From the NCBI GenBank assembly GCA_013416795.1, contig RQSC01000014.1, positions 287,597 through 351,596 of the forward strand: 64,000 bases of DNA, in the 5' to 3' direction. The notes under the pieces were generated by a model. That model was not told where the DNA came from. It saw nothing but the letters and a program-made list of their open reading frames with translations, and did not search any database. Position numbers and translations under genes: made by a program. The DNA comes from Prasinococcaceae sp. CCMP 1430. Lineage: Eukaryota; Plantae; Prasinodermophyta. Below are positions 54,418-64,000 of this stretch, piece after piece (the stretch's first letter is position 1; every line of letters begins with the position of its first letter).

Positions 54418-57400
54418 CTCGGCGCACGCGCTGCGGCGCTCGCGGCCCTGGCGGCGGGCGCGTGTGGGGGCGCCGCGCTGGCAGTGGGCGCGGAGGCTCA
54501 GCTCGTCGTTGACAAGAAGTCGCTCGGCGAGTGGGTGCCGTGCGAGAGTCCGCTCTCGGTGGACGTGGCCGGCCTAAAAGCGGGGGAGTACTCGCTCGCG
54601 GTGCGCAGCTACAGCCCCGAGTGGGCCGGCGCCGGTTCGCCGCTCGGCTACGCGCTGGAACGCGCGTGCGGGTGCTCACAGACGTGCGACTTCTGGGAGC
54701 GCGAGGTGGGAAGCCCAGCGCCGCCGAGCCCGCCGCCTCCGCCGAGCCCGCCGCCCTCGCCAAGCCCCCCCCCGCTGAGCCCGCCCTCGCCGCCGCCGCT
54801 GGCGCCTCCCTCCCCGCCGCCGCTGCCGGGGGCAGCAATGACTCTGCTCCTTCAACCCCGATGGCTCCGCCGAGTCCCCCACCGCCGCTGCCGCCGAGCC
54901 CGCCGCCACCCCCGCCGCCGTCGCCTTTCCCGCCGCCGTTGCCGCCGAGCCCGCCGCCCGGATCACGCGTGGCCTCGCCGCCACCTCCGCCCCCGTCGCC
55001 GCCGTACGAAGCCCCCAGCCCGCCGTGCGTCCCCGGTGCGGTGTGCTGCGAAGGCAGCAAGAAAGCGAAGGGCGTGTGGAAGGACCTCGTTCTGGATTAC
55101 GGGGTGGTGACGGACGGTAGGCGCAGGCTCATGGCGCGCACGGGCATCGCACCGGCGCGGGCGTCGCGCGCGCTGCGGGAATCGTCCGCTCCGACGTGCT
55201 CGGAGGGCTCCGGCGCGTACACCGCCGGCAGCGCCGCGATGGTCGCCGACGTGGGGCTGGCAGGACGCTTCCCAGTCGCACTGCAGCCGCAGCTGAAGCT
55301 CCCAAACGGCGCGAGCGCCGTGCTGCCGCTGACCGTGTCTGAGGACTTCGTGGTGGCGTCGGCGCGCGTGGTGCTGAAGGGGGCGCGCCATGCCGACGCA
55401 GGGCAGCTCGAGGCTGTGCTCAGCTCGCCGGGCGGCGGCATCAGCGCGACGCTCTTCAAAGCCGCCTGTGATGGCGCAACGTTGGGTGCGCCCCTCGTCG
55501 ACGAGGCAGACTTGCTCGCCGCGGCCGGTTCTGGCTTCGTCTTTAGAAGCTATGGAACGACCGAGGAGGCACCCACGGAGCTGGCCGAGGCGTGCCCTAG
55601 CGCGGGCGCGAGCGCTGTCATCGGCGGCGGCGAGTACAGCAGCGTGGGTAGGCTCTCTGCCTTTGTTGGCGGCGGATCCCAGGGGCAGTGGACGCTCGAG
55701 ATCAAGGACTCCGCAGGCGACTCCGCCGTGGGCTTCGTGTCCGACGTGGTACTCCTGCTCGAGGGCGAGGATGGTGAAACGGCCGAGGCGTCGCTGCCCT
55801 TTCACACAACCCTCTTTGAAACTCCCACGGAGGGCACGCTCAGCCGTGACCTGGCAGGCACGCTGTCGGTCGTCGAGGGCGACGCCTTCAGCGGGGAAAC
55901 TTTGTACTACTCGCCCCCCGCTGGCGCCACCCTCGGCGACCAGTACGAGCTCGAGTTTGGCGTCGGGCTGGGCGAGTGCGAGCCGTCGTGGCGACAAACG
56001 GTGTTGATGACTGTGGCGCCGCGCACAATCACGACGCCTTCTTTTGACATGCCGCTGTCCGCAGGCGTGCTCACGGCGCCGTTCGAGCTCGACATCGGCG
56101 TGCCGACGGCGAATGGACTGCAGGTGACTGTCTTCGGCGAGGGCATGGTGTTCGAGCCCTACCCGGCGCAGCCAAATCCAACGGCGACCCTGTCCTTCGC
56201 GGGCAGCACGACCACCCGGCAATTCAGCGTTCTGGCGGTCAAGCCCGGATCTGTCGAGGTCACCTTCGTGCTCACGGGCGCAGACGCGGAGGTGTTCTAC
56301 ACGCCTGCAGCCGTCACGGTGACTGTGACGCCGCCCAGCCCGCCGCCCCCGAGCCCGCCGCCAAGCCCGCTCCCGCCGCCGAGCCCACCACTACCACCGC
56401 CACTGCCAGCTCCCTCGCCGCCGCCCGCCCCGCCGTCGCCCCCTCCGGCACCGCCGAGCCCGCCGCCGCCACCGAGCGCGCCGCCGAACCCGCCACCCTC
56501 TCCCCCTCCGCCGCCGCTGCAGACTTGCACCGGCACCGTCTTCACGGCGGCGCTCGAGCCGGTTGATTCTACCGAGCCCGCGCGTGTCGACGTGCCCGTG
56601 CGTACGGCCACGCTCGTGTCGCTCCCGGGCGATTTCAGCTGGCCGTATCAGGCCTCGCAGGCGGTATCACTGGTGGTCGCGGGCGGCTTCGATGTGTCGC
56701 GTGTCAGCGTGACGCTGCACGGCTTCAGGCACGACTATGCCAACGAGGTCAAAGTGCAACTAAGGCATGGGGGCCAGTCGGCGTTGCTCGTCACCCCGAC
56801 GTGTCATCGCAACCACTACGGGACGTTTCTCAACGGCACAGACATGCAGCGCGTCGGTGGGCAGGACTACACCTTCTCCGACAGCGCGCAAAGCACCATT
56901 GCATGTGCCGAGCCTGGGAGTGACCCTCGGCTCGACCCAGGTGTCATCGGTGGCGGCATCTACCTCCCTGTGACGCCACTGAGCGCTTTCGAAGGGTCTG
57001 AAGGCGCGGGCGAGTGGGAGGTGGTCCTTGAGGACGTCGGCAACGTGGACTTCGACACAGGCTACATTCGTGAGGTCTCACTGTCGCTCGAGGGCGCAGG
57101 TGGCGAGATCGAGGAGGTGGCGTGGCAGGTCATCACTGAATTCTCCGAGCTTCCGACTACAGGCGTCGTGTACGAGTCGGATGACGAGGGCATGCCCGGC
57201 GCGGCCGCGGAGACGGGCGTGCACTACGCAGGGAGCTCGTTCTGGTACGTCCCAAATAGCCTGATGGCCGTCAACGCATTGGATACGCTCGCGTACAAGT
57301 CCATGATGGTCGGCGGGTGCGAGCCGCTGTGGAGCTACAACGCGGCGATCCGCGTTCGTCCGAGGGCCTTTCCCGTGCCAGAGTTCCCCGCACTCGCGTA

Positions 57401-58015
57401 CGACGCGCGCAGCTCGACGATCACCATTAGTATCACCAATCCCGCACCGGCGGCGGCCTTCGAGGTGATCCCGTACGCGCTCGGTCTGGTCTTCACGCCG
57501 CAGCGCTTGACTTTCGGCCCAAACACCACCGATGCGTCGTTCCTGGTGACACCCAAGGTGGACGGCGTCGTAGAGGTCTCCTACTCGCTGTTGGGGGAGG
57601 GCGCTACCGAGTTTGCCGAGCCGAATGCCACACGTGTGACTGTTTCACCCGCGCCGCCGAGCCCCCCTCCGCCGCCGAGCCCGCCCCCTCCTCCAAGCCC
57701 GCCCCCTCCTTACGAATCCGTCGAACTGACGGACCTACGCACGTGCTCGAGCTCGAGCCTCCTGAGCCAGTGGGAGTTCAAGGAGATGGCGACGTGCGTC
57801 GGCGTGGGCCACCCCGGTGACCAATGCGACTTCAATCAGCGCGTGTGCGCGGGTGGCGTGACTTTCGGCTCGTACGAAAGCCAGGCGGAGGCGCTCAAGG
57901 TGGCGGTGGCGGCAGGCGGGCGCCACCCAGACTGCCCGGTCCCTTGTCCTCAGACGCCGTGCCCGCCGCCGAGCCCGCCGCCGAGCCCGCCGCCGCCGAG
58001 CCCGCTGCCGCCGCC
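54418..58015 (+). CDS. Giant Ser/Pro-rich cell-surface protein, part 1 (two proprotein-convertase P-domain-like/Ig-like modules); frameshift at the G5 run 54828-54832
   Basis: SPPPP spacers separate duplicated modules (RHADAGQLEAVLSSPGG...LSAFVGGGSQGQWTLEIKD versus RHDYANEVKVQL...LSAFEGSEGAGEWEVVLED; GECEPSW versus GGCEPLW). Confidence 0.7.
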
Positions 58016-58042
58016 TGCGCTGCGGCCGCCGCGGCCTCGAAG

Positions 58043-59551
58043 ATGGGCGAGCGCGCGGCGCGCGGGGCGGGGTCGTACGCGCTGCCCGCGCTGCAGTACA
58101 CGTACGACCGCCGCCACCCGGCGTTCGAGGCCGAGGCGGGCCGCCGGCGCCTGGCGGCCAACTTTTGCGGCGAGGCGCTGCGCGCGCAGCTCGCCCAGGA
58201 GGCCATGCTCTGCGCCGCGGCGAGCGGCTCCCCCGGCGACGTCAGCGAGGAGCTCGGCATCGAGATCCCCGCGAGCGTCGGCGCGTACCATACCCTCCTG
58301 CCGCTCGACGAGCATGCCGACGCGGTGTCCTCCGCGCTCGGCGTGGGCACGCTCGTCTTCAAGGGCGTGTCCTCCAGGGACGGCCTCCCGTACGCGCTCT
58401 ACCGGCTCGAGCCCTCGCACGCGGTGCCCTCGACGCAGACGCTGGACGCCGCCAAGCGCGAGGTGGCGCGGTGGAAGGCGCTCGGCGGGTCGACGGGCCT
58501 GGTGCCGCCGCGCGACGCCTTCGTCAGCCGCGACGTGGAGGGCGAGGCGGCGCTGTTCTTCGCTTTCGACTACATCGCCGACGCGCAGACGCTCGAGGAG
58601 GCGCACGGCGGCGCGCACCCGCCCTCGGAGGATCGCCTGTGGTCGTACCTGGTGCAGGCCACCGCCACGCTCTCGAGCGTGCACGCCGCGGGGCTGACGC
58701 TCGGATCGGGCGTGCTGCATCCCACCAAGGCCCTCGTCGGCCCGGACGGCCGCCTGCGGCTGTCGTGGTGCGGCGTGCGGCGGGCGATCGGCGCCGAGGG
58801 CACCTCGGGCGACGCGGCGATGCTCCAGTGCGCCGACGTGGGCGCGCTCGGGCGCATGCTGCTGGCGCTCGCGCTGGGCGCCACGGTCGACGCGGTCGGG
58901 AGCGACCTCGCGCAGGCGGTGGGTACCCTCGAGCGGAGCGGGCGGCTCGGCGCGCCGCTCGTGCGCGTGCTCTGGTCCGCGGCGAGCGGCGAGGCCACCT
59001 CGGCGTCCGCCCTGCTGCCGCTGCTCGGGCCGCACGCGCTGCGCGAGCTCGAGGCGCGCTCCGTCCAGGCGGACGCGCTGCGCGCCGACCTGGCCGCCGA
59101 GGTCGGGTCGGGGCGCCTCGCGCGGCTGCTCATCAAGATGGACATGGTGCTCGACCGCTACGACGACCACCTCGACCCGAGCTACGCGGTCCAGGCGGGC
59201 GACAAGCACCTCCTCCGGTGCTTCAGGGACTTCGCCTTCCACCAGGTGCGCGACGGCAGACCGGACGTCGACTGGGGCCACGTCGTGGAGAGCCTCAACA
59301 AGGTCGACGTTGGCGCCGCCGAGCGCATGATGCTCAGCAGCCGCGAGAACGAGCGCTCCGTCCTCGTGGCGAGCTTCGCCGATGTGCGGCACGCGGTGCA
59401 GGGCTGCTACGCCGATCTCGAGCGTCGGGCGGCGGGCGGCGCCGCGCACGGCGTTGTAAAGCGGGAAGGCGGCGGCACCCGCCGCGCCAGCCCCCACTCC
59501 GGTGCTCGCCATGCTCGCCGCCTGGGCCATGCTCAGGCTGCCGAAGCCTAG
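58043..59551 (+). CDS. PAN3: PAN3 pseudokinase (PAN2-PAN3 deadenylase subunit), lacking the N-terminal ZnF/PAM2
   Basis: Motifs [91 protein letters not shown] and LVASFADV. Confidence 0.9.
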   Translation: MGERAARGAGSYALPALQYTYDRRHPAFEAEAGRRRLAANFCGEALRAQLAQEAMLCAAASGSPGDVSEELGIEIPASVGAYHTLLPLDEHADAVSSALGVGTLVFKGVSSRDGLPYALYRLEPSHAVPSTQTLDAAKREVARWKALGGSTGLVPPRDAFVSRDVEGEAALFFAFDYIADAQTLEEAHGGAHPPSEDRLWSYLVQATATLSSVHAAGLTLGSGVLHPTKALVGPDGRLRLSWCGVRRAIGAEGTSGDAAMLQCADVGALGRMLLALALGATVDAVGSDLAQAVGTLERSGRLGAPLVRVLWSAASGEATSASALLPLLGPHALRELEARSVQADALRADLAAEVGSGRLARLLIKMDMVLDRYDDHLDPSYAVQAGDKHLLRCFRDFAFHQVRDGRPDVDWGHVVESLNKVDVGAAERMMLSSRENERSVLVASFADVRHAVQGCYADLERRAAGGAAHGVVKREGGGTRRASPHSGARHARRLGHAQAAEA

Positions 59552-59990
59552 GCTGCCGGACTCGCCCCACTTGGGCTTGGCGTCGATCTGCTGGGAGCCG
59601 TACGCGAGCCCTATGCCACGAGCGCGCCGGAGCGCGCGAGCGCGACAGGGAAAGAGGGTGGGTGGGGCGCTCATCGTCAGCGGGTGGTGCTTGAGCGGCG
59701 CTGTGCTCGTTCTCGCGCGGCCGGCGCGGTGGCAGCACCCGCCTGCGCGCCGTCTCCCGCCGGTGATGGCTGACGCGCTTTCGCGTGCGCTCCCTCACAC
59801 GCACGCTGCGCAGGCGTGCACGGCGCACGCACGCACCTGAGCCGAAGCCCAGCCCCACCCCGAGGCCACATCCGCCGCCAAAGCCCAGCCCCGCCACGCC
59901 GAGCTTGGCCCCGCCGAACCCCCACCCCACGCCGAACCCGCATCCCACGCCGCAGCCGACGCCCACGCCCGTGCCGCGGAAGCCCTTCAT
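59450..59990 (-). CDS. TGD5: TGD5-like Gly-rich protein (ER-to-plastid lipid transfer); exon 59837..59990, second exon from 59610, 3' end undefined
   Basis: [22 protein letters not shown]...[22 protein letters not shown] resembles Arabidopsis TGD5 ([22 protein letters not shown]...[20 protein letters not shown]). Phase-1 intron at 59611-59836. Confidence 0.8.
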
Positions 59991-60018
59991 CGCGCGCACG
60001 CACGCTCGCCGCGCCGCT

Positions 60019-62229
60019 CCGCCGCCGTGTTCTGAGACGGGCGACTGTTCGCCGCCGCCGCCCAGCCCGCCGGGCCCGCCGAACCCGCCAAGCCCTCCTC
60101 CTCCACCTCCGGAGCTCGCGCCCTTCTGCTCGTGCCCCGAGATCATCAGCTTGCAGCCGCAGGTGGAGGCGTGGCCACCCAGCGTGAGCGTCTTCTTCCA
60201 GGCAAACACGAGCACGGCACGCTTCGAATGTCGCGTGTCCAAGACCTGTCCCGTGCTTCAGCACGAGGTCTTGGATGTGCAATTCCTGCCGCAAACGTAT
60301 GCCTCCTTTAGCGGCATCGGTGGCGACGCCATCGAGGCGCTGCCGGCACTGCTGGGCGACACCAGCACCGCCGACAAGGACATCAGCGATGCTTCAGCCG
60401 CGGTGTCCTCGCCAGTCTACGCTGTGGATGCTGATCTGAGCCTCACGCTGCCTGACATCAGCGACGGCGCCACGCCCGGGCCTTGCGCGCCGGCAACGCT
60501 CGCGATACTTGAGGAGGCCGTCACCAGCGTCAGCAACCTAGCGGACATGGCCAAGAGTCAGGCCCGCATCACAACCTGCAGCAAGGGCTCGCCGTTCACG
60601 CCCGCGCGACGCGCCCTGCGTGAGAGTGGCAGAGTCATGGTTGCAGCATACAGCGCGACCATGTCTACCACACAGCGGAACGCTTTTCCCATCGTGGCCC
60701 AGGCCCTGAGCAACGCCAGCGACACGGGCTTGCTGCTTTCGACGCTTCGGTCGTCGGGCGACGCGCTCCTGTCGCAGGCGAGCGCTGCAACCGCCGCCCC
60801 CGAGACTGAGATTCGCACGCACGTCAGCGCCACGCTCATCGCTTCCGCCGAGTACAAGAAGGGCAAGCGCTCGAAGGCGCTCGAGCTTGGCAACGACTTC
60901 ATCGCTGCCACCGCCACAGTTGCTAGCGTCGTCGAGGCGCTGCAGGTGGCAGGGGTCTCGAGCCCCGTCGCCGGGATCGATCTCGGCGGGGTCCCGATGA
61001 TAGCTGCGCCGCCACAGCCACCGCCTGCACCGCCGCCTGCACCGTCGCCGCCGCCGCCGTCGCCGCCGCCACTGCCGCCGCCTCGAGCGCCCCCATCTCC
61101 GCCACCCTCTCCTCCACCACCACCCCGCCCGACTGCGCAGCCTGCACCGCCGCCTGTGCCGTCTACGCCCTCGCCACCGAAGTCTGGCGAGGATCTTATT
61201 CTCGGCCCGCTTAACCTGTGGCAGACCGCCACTGCTGGCGGCGGTGTGCTGTTGCTCATCGTCGGCGCGGGCTGGGCGTACGCGCGCCGCCGCCGCGGCG
61301 GCGGAGGCGGCGACGGCGGCGATGGCGGCGGCGCTCGTGCTCGCAGGCGCGATCGGGCGCGAAACGGAAGCCGGGATGGACCTTCGCCCGAGGAGATGGC
61401 CGCTCGCGCGCGTGCGCTGATGGCAGGGGGAGGGAACGGCGCGATCGACGCGGTGGCGGAGATGCATGCCGAGCAGCGGGTGGCTGCAGAGGCTCGTCGG
61501 GAGGCACGCGGGGCGGCAGCAGCTGGGCAACGCGCACGCGGCGCCAATGGGGACACCAACGGCGAGACGGCCAGCGTGGTGACCGCGAGCTCAATCGACG
61601 GCCGACGGATACCCGAGTCGAGCGCCGCGGGAGAGTATGCTGGGCCACAGCCCGGGAGCACGCTGACGCGCGCGAGCACCAAGCTCGTGGAGCGCTGGAC
61701 GCGCGGGGCGGCCGATTACTCGTCGGACGAGAGCGACTCTGACGTTAACACCGAGCCCCCTGCTGCGGGCATAATGGACGACGTCGGCGGGGGCGTCGAC
61801 GTGGCGAGGAGCGACGTCGCGTCGGCCCAGCTGCGAAGCGGCTCGAACTTCGCCACGCCGGTGCATTCGAAAGGCTCCGGGACGGCCGAGCCAGGGTCGG
61901 CTGCACACAGCGCTGCAGGCGCGCGTGCGGGCAAGCTCCCCGCACGCGCCGCGCCGCCGCCCCCACGCCGCGCTCCCCCTCCGCCTCCGCCGCCTGGCGG
62001 TGCAGCGACCGCCGACGAGGGGCCGCAGGCCGATGAGGAGGCACTCGCTGCCGCCGAGGCCTTCCTGTCAGAGTCGGGCTCGGACGAGGACAGCGAGTAC
62101 GACTACGATGCCCCGGCCGGCGGTGCGAGTGCCGCCAACGATGCGAGTGGTGTGACGATCGACCTTGACGGCTTCCTGGACGATGACGGGAGCGACGTCA
62201 CCGGCGCGCACTCGAGCGAGGAGGACTGA
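60019..62229 (+). CDS. Giant Ser/Pro-rich cell-surface protein, part 2 (ectodomain end, single TM, acidic/poly-Pro cytosolic tail)
   Basis: The frame resumes at [17 protein letters not shown]-like [15 protein letters not shown] is followed by RRRR. TGA at 62229 and TGTAA at 62336. Confidence 0.75.
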   Translation, partial: PPPCSETGDCSPPPPSPPGPPNPPSPPPPPPELAPFCSCPEIISLQPQVEAWPPSVSVFFQANTSTARFECRVSKTCPVLQHEVLDVQFLPQTYASFSGIGGDAIEALPALLGDTSTADKDISDASAAVSSPVYAVDADLSLTLPDISDGATPGPCAPATLAILEEAVTSVSNLADMAKSQARITTCSKGSPFTPARRALRESGRVMVAAYSATMSTTQRNAFPIVAQALSNASDTGLLLSTLRSSGDALLSQASAATAAPETEIRTHVSATLIASAEYKKGKRSKALELGNDFIAATATVASVVEALQVAGVSSPVAGIDLGGVPMIAAPPQPPPAPPPAPSPPPPSPPPLPPPRAPPSPPPSPPPPPRPTAQPAPPPVPSTPSPPKSGEDLILGPLNLWQTATAGGGVLLLIVGAGWAYARRRRGGGGGDGGDGGGARARRRDRARNGSRDGPSPEEMAARARALMAGGGNGAIDAVAEMHAEQRVAAEARREARGAAAAGQRARGANGDTNGETASVVTASSIDGRRIPESSAAGEYAGPQPGSTLTRASTKLVERWTRGAADYSSDESDSDVNTEPPAAGIMDDVGGGVDVARSDVASAQLRSGSNFATPVHSKGSGTAEPGSAAHSAAGARAGKLPARAAPPPPRRAPPPPPPPGGAATADEGPQADEEALAAAEAFLSESGSDEDSEYDYDAPAGGASAANDASGVTIDLDGFLDDDGSDVTGAHSSEED

Positions 62230-62815
62230 TCACTCCCTTTCCCTCTCCCCCTCCCTATCCCCTGTCCCGCCGTGCGGGCACTTCCGCGTCGCAGAGCAGA
62301 GAGACGCGCTTGTCGGGGGCTAGTCTACATGTATTTGTAACAAACATAGGCACCAAGCAGCTCTGGCGCCCGTGCGCGTGCGCACGAGAGAGAGAGAGAG
62401 AGAGGCGGGGCACCGTGGTGCGATCACCCGCGCCCCTGGCCGAGAAGCGCGTCGCAGCGAAGCTCGAGCCGCCTGACGAGCAAGCGAAGCTCTCTCGCGC
62501 GCTCCGCGGTGGCCTGCGCGTCGGGTATCCGCGCGACAACGCCGCGCACGCGCTTGAGCAGCTGCGAAGCCGCCGCCGCCGAGCGGCCCGCGACGTCCTC
62601 GGCTGAGCGTGCGGCGCGAGCGCGTGCGTCAGGCGCCCGCACAGTCCGCCGGGTTCGCCACCGCACGCGCGCCGCGCGCTCGCTCACGCGCGTGCTCCAC
62701 CGCGCTCACCGGGCCCGCCGCGGCCGCTCGCGCCCGCACCCCTCTCTGCCTCATCGGCGAGCTCGTCGGCCGCGCGCGCCGCCGCTGCAACGCACGCGGT
62801 GAGCTGCGCGTCCGC

Positions 62816-63370
62816 NNNNNNNNNNNNNNNNNNNNNNNNNNNNNNNNNNNNNNNNNNNNNNNNNNNNNNNNNNNNNNNNNNNNNNNNNNNNNNNNNNNNN
62901 NNNNNNNNNNNNNNNNNNNNNNNNNNNNNNNNNNNNNNNNNNNNNNNNNNNNNNNNNNNNNNNNNNNNNNNNNNNNNNNNNNNNNNNNNNNNNNNNNNNN
63001 NNNNNNNNNNNNNNNNNNNNNNNNNNNNNNNNNNNNNNNNNNNNNNNNNNNNNNNNNNNNNNNNNNNNNNNNNNNNNNNNNNNNNNNNNNNNNNNNNNNN
63101 NNNNNNNNNNNNNNNNNNNNNNNNNNNNNNNNNNNNNNNNNNNNNNNNNNNNNNNNNNNNNNNNNNNNNNNNNNNNNNNNNNNNNNNNNNNNNNNNNNNN
63201 NNNNNNNNNNNNNNNNNNNNNNNNNNNNNNNNNNNNNNNNNNNNNNNNNNNNNNNNNNNNNNNNNNNNNNNNNNNNNNNNNNNNNNNNNNNNNNNNNNNN
63301 NNNNNNNNNNNNNNNNNNNNNNNNNNNNNNNNNNNNNNNNNNNNNNNNNNNNNNNNNNNNNNNNNNNNNN
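62816..63370. other. Assembly gap
   Basis: Run of N. Confidence 1.
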
Positions 63371-64000
63371 GGGCTCGCCGCCGCGGCGCTGCTGGCGCCC
63401 GTGCCGTCCGAGGCGACGTTCGCGCTGCCTGCGATGGGCTTCGCGGGTGCGGCGGCCACGCGCGACGCGCGCGCCACGCTGCGCTTCGACCACCTCGAGG
63501 CGGCTTTCGGCGAGGACGAGGAGGTTGAGACCGACTCGGACGCAGACTCGGACGCCGGATCATACGCTGGCATCGAGGCGGGCGCCTTGGTCTCGGTCAT
63601 GCCCGAGTCGAGCGACGTCACGCGGGGCGACCACGGTGCCGGGCCTTTCAGCGACCCGGCCGGCAGCCGCGAGGGCCGCTTCTACGAGCCTGCGAGTGCC
63701 CCTGTTGGTGACGATCGCCCGCCCGACGCGATGTCCGATGCGATGTCCGACGCGATGTCTGACGCGCCCTCGGAGGCCACCGTGGGTGCCGCCGAGCGCG
63801 CCATCGAGGTGGCCACCGAGGCCACGCTCAGCGCGTGGGCGAACGGCAGCTTCGGCAGCGAGCTCAGCGTAGGAGACATGAGGGAGGGCGCGGAGCGCTG
63901 CGACACACCCGCGCCTCCCGCGCTGCCGATGCGCCTCGACGACGCGCGCGTGGCGCGGCCGGCGTACGGGCGCGCGCGTGCGGACGTTCCCGGCGCGCTG
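63371..64000 (+). CDS. Unidentified acidic low-complexity coding segment, partial at both ends
   Basis: Stop-free frame with G/C-ending codons (LRFDHLEAAFGEDEEVETDSD...DAMSDAMSDAMSD). Confidence 0.5.

Noticed and set aside
42059-62229. UGM, SDR and SP-rich protein as a cell-wall gene cluster
   Set aside because: They are separated by unrelated housekeeping genes; proximity in a compact genome is not evidence of a cluster.
62310-62815. 98-aa ORF and adjacent frames before the last gap
   Set aside because: Part of it looks coding-like (AAKLEPPDEQAKLSRALRGG), but no start, exon structure or family could be established.

Overview
Eukaryotic, very GC-rich (roughly 70% by eye) draft scaffold with five N-gaps and four single-N joins. 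The GT-AG introns with (G/A/C)CTGAC branch points, TGTAA poly(A) signals and plastid genes point to a green alga, probably prasinophyte-grade (inference). About 25 tightly packed genes: GCN1/ILITYHIA C-terminus, AMT1, AP-2 mu, HSP90, an ARK-like kinesin, MenA/ABC4, a flavodoxin-like protein, an EF-hand protein, a HOL-type halide/thiol methyltransferase, two DNAAF5-like HEAT proteins, MYBBP1A/POL5, MCU, a JmjC fragment, MRE11, NDUFA7, a ClpP/R subunit, UDP-galactopyranose mutase, plastid-type AspAT, an SDR, an MTHFR-like protein, PAN3, TGD5 and a giant Ser/Pro-rich type-I membrane protein. The most notable feature is a ~1816-aa gene (6317-11979, minus strand) made of a tandemly duplicated SLOG(LSDAT/TRPM-type)-SLATT-SLATT module. 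This resembles the prokaryotic nucleotide-sensing membrane-effector architecture rather than a TRPM channel. Also notable are a kinesin motor with degenerate catalytic motifs, long AG-free branch-point-to-acceptor tracts, and several junctions where one gene runs in frame into another, which may be assembly chimeras. No rRNA, tRNA, CRISPR array or transposase could be supported. All family calls come from recalled motifs; no database searches were run.
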